This document shows positions 20,200 to 28,300 of a stretch of 64,000 nt of DNA, in pieces. The stretch lies in NCBI GenBank assembly GCA_963736115.1, contig CAVTNR010000022.1:96822-160821 (forward strand), written 5' to 3'. The notes below the pieces were generated by a model. It searched no databases. It was not told the DNA's origin and saw nothing but the letters and a program-made list of their open reading frames with translations. This DNA is from an uncultured bacterium (GTDB lineage: Bacteria > Zhuqueibacterota > QNDG01 > DTFT01). Within the stretch, counting starts at the first letter, position 1. Every line of letters starts with the position of its first letter. The position numbers were made by a program, and so were the translations under genes.

Positions 20200-20553
20200 T
20201 CACGACTTCATGCCAAAATGTTCTAAAATCAATTCATTTGAAATATCACGATTATTCTTAATATCTTTTATTAGTTTTTCTGCTAATTTTGGCCAATCAT
20301 TCTCACTTATTCCTTCATAGTGATGCCAATTATGATTTCTAGCATCTATCCAACAATCCCAAAATTTCAATACAATGTGTAATTTTAAATATTCATTATT
20401 ACCATTTCTTGGAAGATCAAAATCAAATTGTTCAAAATCTTTTCCTATTTCCCGATAATTTTTATTCAGGTGATAATTAATATCATCTGATAATCCCTTT
20501 ATACAATAGGTTTTTAATTCATCATATGTTTTCATAATATATTTATTACGCAT
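20200..20553 (-). CDS. Hypothetical protein, integron cassette 3 (start at 20553 or 20535)
   Basis: AT-rich ORF starting at the GTTATGC core site of the upstream attC; contains FWDCWIDARNHNW. Confidence 0.7.
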   Translation of the reverse strand: MRNKYIMKTYDELKTYCIKGLSDDINYHLNKNYREIGKDFEQFDFDLPRNGNNEYLKLHIVLKFWDCWIDARNHNWHHYEGISENDWPKLAEKLIKDIKNNRDISNELILEHFGMKS

Positions 20554-20674
20554 AACGTGATTTTCGCCGGTCGAACCACTAAAAGTAACATTCAAAATAA
20601 CTGTGTTTCCACCAAACCTTCAAAATTAGATAAAATAAAACGTGGTTCGATCCGCGTGTAAAAATTTGTTATGT
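20550..20674 (-). mobile_element. Integron attC site
   Basis: Minus strand: ACATAAC-AAATTTTTACACGCGGATCGAACCAC ... GTGGTTCGACCGGCGAAAATCAC-GTTATGC; imperfect palindrome with unpaired bases, lying between two cassette ORFs. Confidence 0.85.
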
Positions 20675-20726
20675 AATACACTGCTAAATTAAGTTATTGT
20701 TTTTTGCCAGTTTTGGTCTAATTATA

Positions 20727-21587
20727 TTACTTTTGAAATCTCGTAAATGATGAAACGGATACACTTTTGGCATTATTAAATGATGTACCGGAATATCTTA
20801 AATTAGCACTACCACCTTTGAAGTCGCTACTTTGACACCACCAATTATGAGATCCTGATCCAAATTTCCTAATCTTAATACTTTTTCTTAATCCATTTGT
20901 ATCTCTAAATGACCAGGATCCCTTGCCTTGAACAAATATACTTGGTTGCATTCCATGTAATTCCACACCAGCGCCAGCAATTTCTTTAAAATATGTAGTC
21001 CATGACCAATATCCACTACCTTTAATTTCCTTTGGGGCAAAAGCTACTAAATATGGTGTATTAGTTTTTAATGCTTCTAAGTATTTTAATTTAAACTCCG
21101 TTTTAGGAATACTGTTATTGTATTTTTCGAGCGGATATTCTTTCAATAATAAATATTTTATTGAATCTATAGCACTATCTACTAGCATACTATTAGGATA
21201 TTCTGAAATAAACAAAGCATAATCTTTTAACTTTACAGCCTGATTGAAATCTTTTTTATGAATATGATTATTTAATAGTATCATCAAATTTGTGTCAATC
21301 TTTGAAGCAATGGATAAAGGAGTTTCATTTTGCTTATTCTTTGTATTGACATTTGCACCTGAGTCTATTAATAATTTTACTACTTCTGAGTGCTTAGATT
21401 TGATTGCATATATTAAGGCTGTATTGCCATTATTATCTTTATAATCAATATTTAGATCATCAGACAACAATTTAGTCACCTCCTTTAAGTCATTATTTTT
21501 TACAGCTTGTAATAGCTCAATTTCTGATTCATTTGAAGTACAATTTAGTATTAAAAAGATTAATAGAATAAGGTGTACGGCTTTCAT
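20727..21587 (-). CDS. Ankyrin-repeat putative lipoprotein, integron cassette 2
   Basis: MKAVHLILLIFLILNC signal; GNTALIYA..VVKLLIDSGANVN..ETPL ankyrin repeats; AT-rich. Confidence 0.85.
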   Translation of the reverse strand: MKAVHLILLIFLILNCTSNESEIELLQAVKNNDLKEVTKLLSDDLNIDYKDNNGNTALIYAIKSKHSEVVKLLIDSGANVNTKNKQNETPLSIASKIDTNLMILLNNHIHKKDFNQAVKLKDYALFISEYPNSMLVDSAIDSIKYLLLKEYPLEKYNNSIPKTEFKLKYLEALKTNTPYLVAFAPKEIKGSGYWSWTTYFKEIAGAGVELHGMQPSIFVQGKGSWSFRDTNGLRKSIKIRKFGSGSHNWWCQSSDFKGGSANLRYSGTSFNNAKSVSVSSFTRFQK

Positions 21588-21641
21588 TATTAGCTCCATG
21601 TATTAATATGATTATTGACATATTGTATCATGACGTTCATT

Positions 21642-21748
21642 ACATAACGATGGGTCATCACGGGCGGGCGAAATAAGCTTGCGGATTGCAGATTACTGAC
21701 AAAGCAACTACATACTCGGGCACCGTCCCGTGAATGACCGTGTTGGGC
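21642..21748 (-). mobile_element. Integron attC site
   Basis: Minus strand: GCCCAAC-ACGGTCATTCACGGG ... CCCGTGATGACCCATC-GTTATGT, starting 10 bp after the stop of the upstream ORF; one extrahelical base in GGTCA(T)TCACGGG/CCCGTGATGACC. Confidence 0.9.
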
Positions 21749-21758
21749 GATGAATCAT

Positions 21759-21974
21759 TCAAGAAAACTTGAATACTGGTGTGCTAATAACTTTTAATGG
21801 CTTCGGATTACCTAAAATGATCTGTTGAATCTTTTCGACAGTATTTGGTGAAAAATATTGTTCGCCGGTTTCAGGATTCACGCGTGCCGGTACATTTTCA
21901 ATGATATAAAATTTATCGTTCTTGTAGATCGAATAGGTTACCAATTCTTCAACTAATTTTTCTTGACGAACCAT
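21759..21974 (-). CDS. YgiT-type (MqsA-like) putative antitoxin, cassette 1
   Basis: IIENVPARV..ETGEQYFSP..VEKI; ATG 21974 follows GGAGG; directly behind the DUF4258-like gene. Confidence 0.8.
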   Translation of the reverse strand: MVRQEKLVEELVTYSIYKNDKFYIIENVPARVNPETGEQYFSPNTVEKIQQIILGNPKPLKVISTPVFKFS

Positions 21975-21978
21975 TTTA

Positions 21979-22299
21979 TCAACTCCTCCGGATTCTGTAT
22001 TCAATCCAGTCATTTATATTGGGTTCATAAACGGTTATAATTTTTATCCAATCTCTAGATGGATAGCTGCATTGGACGTGAATAGGACGATTCTGATCCG
22101 TGAACCCGAAAATTAGACAGCTAGGACCATACTTATCATTAGGATAATCTTCAATTATTTCACCTCGTAGAATTGCATGTTTTATTTCACTTACAAATAT
22201 GTTTCTAATGATGGATTGATCTGTTGCATGCTTTGAAAATTCATATTCTTCGTTTTGAACCTTATGCCTAATCTCATTAATCATATCATTTAAACCCAT
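21979..22299 (-). CDS. DUF4258-family putative toxin, cassette 1
   Basis: FSKHA, GEIIEDYPNDKYGPSCLIFG, RPIHV and IITVYEP. Confidence 0.85.
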   Translation of the reverse strand: MGLNDMINEIRHKVQNEEYEFSKHATDQSIIRNIFVSEIKHAILRGEIIEDYPNDKYGPSCLIFGFTDQNRPIHVQCSYPSRDWIKIITVYEPNINDWIEYRIRRS

Positions 22300-22351
22300 T
22301 TATCCGTCTAATAAATTAATAACTATTAATTGAAATTGCAAGCCTCTTTAC

Positions 22352-22375
22352 GCCCAACCTTATTATTAGTATGCC
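22352..22375 (-). mobile_element. Putative attI site
   Basis: Minus strand GGCATACTAATAATAAG-GTTGGGC. The core is the exact complement of cassette 1's GCCCAAC and no attC-type hairpin precedes it. Confidence 0.65.
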
Positions 22376-22394
22376 CTGCGCAACCCTACTAAAT

Positions 22395-22505
22395 TTCCAC
22401 TAACAGGAATCAAGTGTCTATCAATAGGAAACATTTCTACGAATAGGAAGAAAAAGTTCCACTAATGGATCTATTTCAATTTTTTATTATGGCTATTAAT
22501 AGGAA
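22395..22505. repeat. Five 15-bp quasi-palindromic direct repeats upstream of the attI-like site
   Basis: ttccactaacaggaa (22395), gtctatcaataggaa (22416), ttctacgaataggaa (22435), ttccactaatggatc (22457), ggctattaataggaa (22491). Confidence 0.7.
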
Positions 22506-23025
22506 TTTATTCCAATGATTCTTCGATTGAAATCCCTCGCAGAGTTGTAACCTGGCGCGATCAAATGAAGCCGTTGTATTGTCTTCATCCCAAACTCTTT
22601 CACGAGATCCAATCAGGACAACATCTCGAAATACCCGGCAATAAAATCACCCTATTCGAGAGAAAACCGGATCAGCTCAGGATTCGGCGTTGGAATCCCG
22701 GTTTCCTTTTCAATGCGCACTTTTCAGAAAAAGTGAAATTGAAAAGACGAATGGGCGAGGGTAGAGATTTGATATAAACGGACGAAGTTCGAAGGAGTGG
22801 CAGTCCGCGTTCCGCGGTTTCTACACAAAAGAACGTCCGAACGGGATTCATTCCGCTGGACATGGACTTCCCCCTTCCGTTGAAGTGCGTGATGGGTAAC
22901 AGAAGGACTTTATTGAAGTTCGAATATTATACATATCAGAATTTATAAAAGCAAGGGGAATTTTCAGTTTTAATGGTTTGAGGGAGGGTCTAACCCGTAA
23001 CAAGGTCCTTCGTGGGTGAAGCAGG

Positions 23026-23211
23026 GAGGCGGAACTCAGGACGACAGGGCGAAAAAATCCTCCGAGAGGCGGATCTCAGGACGACAAAAAATACCTCCGG
23101 GAGGATTTGAGGCAATGAACGTCGCAGATATAACGGAACCTCCCGCGGGTTTTTACAAACCCGCGGGAGGTTTTTCCATGCAGATCCCCGACAGAAGAAT
23201 TCGGGGATGAC
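23026..23211. repeat. Cluster of REP-like elements
   Basis: gaggcggawctcaggacgaca twice (23026, 23066); 36-bp palindrome at 23137-23172, the exact reverse complement of 18772-18807; gatccccgacagaagaattcggggatgac at 23183-23211. Confidence 0.8.
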
Positions 23212-23232
23212 ACCCAACCCCATTTTAATCCA

Positions 23233-25281
23233 TTACCCCTTCAGCCATTGGTCCAGCCAGCCCAGCACCGTGTCGTGCCACAGAATCGAATTGGCCGGCT
23301 TCAGCACCCAGTGGTTCTCGTCCGGAAAGTACAGCAGCCGGCTTGGTATGCCGAGCCGCTGGAGCGCGTTGAAGGTCGAGAGCCCCTGCGTCTCCACGAC
23401 GCGGAAATCCTGTCCCCCGTGCACGACCAGCATCGGCGTCTTCCAGTTTTTCACGAGATTCACGGGATTATGCTCCTCGTAACCCTCCGGATTCGTCCAG
23501 GGCGTTCCCATGTGATCCCATTCCGGGAACCAGAGCTCCTCGGTGTCGAAATAAGCCATCCGTTCGTCCAGGTTCCCGTCATGGCAGACCAGGCATCGGA
23601 ACCGGTCCGGCCACGCGCCGGCGATCCAGTTGATCATGTATCCGCCGTAGGACGCGCCCAAAGCGCCGACCCTGTCCCCGTCCATCCAGGAATGGCTATC
23701 CAGCGCGGCCTGCAGGCCTTTCTGCAGATCCTCCAGCGGCTTGCCGCCCCAGTCGCCCCGTATGGCGTCCGTGAAGGCCTGGCCGTAACCCGTGGATCCG
23801 TGAAAATCAACCATCACCACGGCATAGCCCGCGCCCGCGTACACCTGCGGGTTCCATCGGTAATGGAAGTCGTTACCGAACGAACCCTGGGGCCCGCCGT
23901 GGATCAGAAAGGCCACCGGGTATTTTTTCGCCGGGCTGAAGTCCGCGGGACGGACGATATAGCCGTGCACGGTCTCTCCGTTCCATCCCGCGAATGAAAA
24001 CTGTTCAGGTTCGCCGAAGCGGACTGCGGCCACCCTGGCCGCGTTGATGTCCGTCACCTTCCTTACGTCTCCTCCGTCAGGCCTGCAGGTGTAGAGCTCC
24101 ACCGGCGATTTCAGATGGTCCAGGCCGAAGAGAATCCGCTTGCCGCACACCTGCGGGGAACGGACGTATCCCCTGTCCAACACGGGCTTGACAGCCCCTG
24201 TTTTTACATTCACCGCGAACAGGGCTCGCTGTCCGACGTTTTCCGCGACCGCGAAAATCGTGCGGCCGTCCGAGGACCAGAAAATCTCGGAGGGAGAGCG
24301 GTCCCATGATTCGGTGAGGACACGTTCCGGCCCGTCCGGCCAGGATTTCAGAACGACACGGAACCGGTCCGCTTCGTATCCGGGCCGCGACATGGCCAGC
24401 CAGGCCAGGGTTTTCCCGTCCGGCGAGAAAACCGGTGATGTATCCCAGGCCTTGTTGGACGCGGTCAGGAGGACCGGAGGATGGGACCCGTCCGTTGGCG
24501 CCAGGAACAGGTCGAAATTCGTGGACCAGGCTTCCTCGCGGCCCGCGTCCCTGGCGGAGAACACGACGGACCGGGAATCGGCCGTGAAAGCCGTCTCCTC
24601 AATGCCGCCGAAAGGCTTGGACGGTGAATCGGCGTTCATGGAAGCCATGATGTCGACCGGAGTCCCCTTTCCGTCCGAGGGAATCACGAACAGGTGCGTT
24701 CTTCGGCCGTCGCTCCAGGTATCCCAGTGCCGGACGAAGAGGTTTTCGTACAGACGGCCCGTGGCCTTGTTATCCGCCCCCGCGTCGAGTCGTTTCTTCG
24801 TGTCCGCGACGGAAAAGCCGGGGAACACGTCCATGGCCAGGAGGAGGCTCGCGCCGTCCGGCGACAGCCGGAACGCGTTCACGTCCAGGGCGAGATCCGT
24901 AACCTGAACGGCTTCGCCGCCGTCCGTTTCGATTTTCCAGACCTGCTGGGATCCGGAGCGGCCCGAGAGAAAGTAAACGGTACGGCCGGCCGGATGCCAG
25001 CACGGGTCCGAATCCCCGGAGGGATGCGTGGTCAGACGACGGACGTTTTTCCCGTCCGTGTCCGCGATCCACAGGTCATTCCGGCCCTTGTTCGCTTCAA
25101 GATCCGTGACGCGAACCGCGAATACCACGGTCTTTGCATCCGGAGATACGGCCGGAGAGCTGATCCGGTCCATGGCCAGCAGGTCGTGCACGGTAAAGGG
25201 ATGGGTCGTTTCAGAGGCCTTGCCCGCGGAAACCGCGAGCAGAAGCAGGCCGGTTGCCAGTACGGCGATGGGACAGCGCAT
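23233..25281 (-). CDS. S9 family peptidase (dipeptidyl-peptidase 5-like)
   Basis: PD40/beta-propeller repeats; IHGGPQG, GASYGG, HGGQDFRV and FPDENHWVLKP. Confidence 0.95.
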   Translation of the reverse strand: MRCPIAVLATGLLLLAVSAGKASETTHPFTVHDLLAMDRISSPAVSPDAKTVVFAVRVTDLEANKGRNDLWIADTDGKNVRRLTTHPSGDSDPCWHPAGRTVYFLSGRSGSQQVWKIETDGGEAVQVTDLALDVNAFRLSPDGASLLLAMDVFPGFSVADTKKRLDAGADNKATGRLYENLFVRHWDTWSDGRRTHLFVIPSDGKGTPVDIMASMNADSPSKPFGGIEETAFTADSRSVVFSARDAGREEAWSTNFDLFLAPTDGSHPPVLLTASNKAWDTSPVFSPDGKTLAWLAMSRPGYEADRFRVVLKSWPDGPERVLTESWDRSPSEIFWSSDGRTIFAVAENVGQRALFAVNVKTGAVKPVLDRGYVRSPQVCGKRILFGLDHLKSPVELYTCRPDGGDVRKVTDINAARVAAVRFGEPEQFSFAGWNGETVHGYIVRPADFSPAKKYPVAFLIHGGPQGSFGNDFHYRWNPQVYAGAGYAVVMVDFHGSTGYGQAFTDAIRGDWGGKPLEDLQKGLQAALDSHSWMDGDRVGALGASYGGYMINWIAGAWPDRFRCLVCHDGNLDERMAYFDTEELWFPEWDHMGTPWTNPEGYEEHNPVNLVKNWKTPMLVVHGGQDFRVVETQGLSTFNALQRLGIPSRLLYFPDENHWVLKPANSILWHDTVLGWLDQWLKG

Positions 25282-25357
25282 GGGTTCTCCTTTTTTTTGC
25301 ATTTCACGTCCCGGACGGGCTTGATTGATTGCCAGGGCGCGAGTGACGCTCCTGCGA

Positions 25358-28300
25358 TTATCGTATCAAAGCCATTTTCCGGATCCGGACGTCGCGCCGC
25401 CCGTCTTCATAAGCGGCTGTCATCCGGTACAGGTAAACGCCTCCGGCCAGGCCGCGGCCGTCCAGCAGCGCCCGGTGAACGCCCGGGTTCATCCGGATGC
25501 CGTCGATCACGACCGCCGCGCGCCTGCCCCGCACGTCGAAAACTTCGAGCCGGATCGCCGCCGGACGCGGCAGTGTGAATTCAACCGATGCGGACGGATT
25601 GAACGGGTTCGGATAATTCTGCGAAAGGGAGAAAGCGGCCGGACCCGCCGGACCCGCGGACTCAGCGGAAGCCGGAAGCCGGTTCGTTTCTCCCGGCGTT
25701 CCGTTTCTGCGTTTCGACCGCGCCCAGTTCGAAGCGGCCGCGTTGTCCAGAAATGGGGAGATCAGTTCCAGGCTGTACCCTCCGCCGTCCGCCGCCTCGG
25801 GCCAGGCGCCGCCGTTCGCGTACGCGACCGCGTCCGCCCGCAGTCCGGATGGGGCGTAGAGCCGCACCTGGTCGCCCGCGCCGAACCCGAAGGGGATGCC
25901 GCCCGAGCAGTTCGACACGCCTGGATGCACGCGCAGGAACGCGGCCAGGTCGCGGCAGAACACCCAGGTTCCGTTTTCCGGAATGGTCACTCCGGACGGC
26001 ATCCGGTAGACGTGGCCGTCGTCCTCATCCCTGAGCGTCCACCCGGTCATGTCCCTGGGCCGGTTTGCCGGATTGGCCAGCTCGATCCAGTCTCCGGTAT
26101 CCGCGTCCGGGGGGGCGTTGTACATGATTTCGTTGATGACCAGGGAACCCGCCGTGAGCGCGGTCGAGTCCTGCCGCCCCATGTCGGTTCCGTCCGCGGC
26201 CATCCCATATCCCGGGGATCCGGGCATAAGGAAATACGCGTCGTCGAATGCCGGAATCCCCGTGCGATTGTGCTCCAGGCCGTCCGCGTCCGCGTCATTG
26301 GTCAGGGACCACGACACGGCCATGGCTCCCGGAATAGGCGAACCCGAGCGGAGAATATGGTTCATGACATTGTCGCCATTTCCGTGCAGGACGGTGTTCG
26401 TCGCAGTCAGTGTGCAGCGGTACTCGGACGCGGACCGGGACGCGTAATCGTCCCCGATCCGCAGGCCCGCGACGCGGTTGCCCGCGGCCACGCAATGGTC
26501 GACGAACACGTGCGGCCCACTGGATGCGCCTCCGTCGGTCCACGCCGATTCGAATCCCGTGTCGCAGTTCAGCGCGACCGTATTGAATACCTTCACCGTG
26601 TCGCCGCCGGACGCGGCAAGGGCCTCGTGCTGAAAGCCCTCCATCCAGCAGTTGGTGATCCGCAGGCGGGCGCCGTGCTGGTCCACGGCGTCATCCTTGC
26701 CGGTCACGAAAAAGCACCGGTCGATGACCGAATAATCCGGCCGGTCCGGATCCAGAAAATCGATGTGGAAGGCGTCCGTGTCGATGTCCCCGGTGTAGAT
26801 GCCGTCGTCGTTGGGCAGGTTCATGAAATGACTGTCGCGGCAGAACAGGCGCGACCAGTGCAGTTCACCGCCGTGCCACACGAAGGACGTGACGCAGTTC
26901 GTCTGCGTGACCGAGCTGAAATGGGCGCCGAGCGCCTTGCCCCGGGAATTCAGGATGAAGCAGTGGTCCAGGTTCAGGTCCGACCGGCCGTTTGCGTAGA
27001 GGATGTGCTGGCGGCCTGTGTGCCATTCATAGGAGGGGCTGGACGGCGTTACGGACGGCTGGCCTTTGGAATCGTCGCCTCCTCCATTGACGAAGAAGCA
27101 CCAACGGAATGCGCCTGAAGCGGCCCTGAAATCCAGGCCGCCCCACGGCTCGGACCAGTTCTCCGGGACGAAGAGGACCGGATCGTTCTCCGTGCCCTCC
27201 ACGACCAGGGACCCCCGGATCTTGATGTTGACATTTTTTCGGATCAGAACCCATGTGCCGGGTCGTATGACGAGCCGGGAACCGGCGGGGACGGTCAGGT
27301 CGGACGTGACGACGCGGTCCGAGGACGCTTCCCAGACCGTCTCGCCGGCCGGAAGCGTGCCGGATACGTCCGTTGAAGGCCACGATGCCGGAACGGATAC
27401 GGTGTTGCGCGTTTCAGGCACGGCCGCGTTCCCGACCGAGAGGACGAAGTCAGACGGCGCCGAGGACAGCAACACGCCCGTGCCTGCGCCTCGGCTGATC
27501 CGGAACACCGTGTCCGCATGGGCTCCGGCGGCGCGCACGGTGACCGGCGCCTGCCGGATCGGATCGATGTCCCAATTTACGTCGCGGATGCGCACGACCA
27601 CGGGGAATCGGCGGCCGCGCAGAACGCGCGAAGGCGCCGTGACCTGGCAGTTGACCGGCCCCACGGGGACGAACACCGCGGACGCGGACCGGTCTCCGTC
27701 CGGAGTCCAGGTGACGGTTTCCGCGAAGGGTAATGCGGGATCGGTCCAGCCGGCAAAACGGAAACCCGGATCGGGGATTGCGGTCAGGGTGACCGGAACG
27801 CCCCGGAAATAGACGCCGGACCAGGGCAGGATTTCGGGCGTCACCGAGTTGACCCGGATCCGGCCGGATCCGCCGCTGATGCCCAGATCCAGGCGGGCCG
27901 TGCCGGACAGATGGAAATGATCCATGATCTGGGAACGGACGATGTCCGGCTGGCGGTCCGCGTAATCGCGCAGTGCCTGCACGTTCTCTTCCCACGCTTC
28001 AAAGGTGGTGCCCCATCGTTCCGCGTCCCGTGCCGCTTCGGGACGGATGACTTCTGCCAGGGAGTCGATGACCGCGCGGACCGACGCGGGCTCGAAGAGC
28101 GTGTTCAGCAGGTCCGCGGTCCGGTTGATGCAGGACGTCCGGAACGACGTGTTCTGAAGCAGTTTGTCCGTGATGTGGTTTCGCAGATAGACTTCGATCG
28201 GACTGTAGGTGCTGGTGAAGGGATTCCAGTTCGTTTTGGTGTAGATCCGGTACCCGTCCCAGACCGTCCAGATCCACCGGGCGTCCGGTTTTTTCTCCCG

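Noticed and set aside
22395-22505. Resemblance to FRT half-sites (TTCCTATT) or plasmid iterons
   Set aside because: No FRT 13-8-13 layout and no rep gene; kept only as an unexplained repeat array.
22565-22863. Short ORFs (22565-22777 +, 22672-22863 -) where intI would be expected
   Set aside because: No tyrosine-recombinase R-H-R-Y motifs or other recognisable similarity; probably spurious.
22988-22994. GTCTAAC/GTTAGAC core-site-like heptamer
   Set aside because: No partner core site, attC stem or adjacent cassette ORF.
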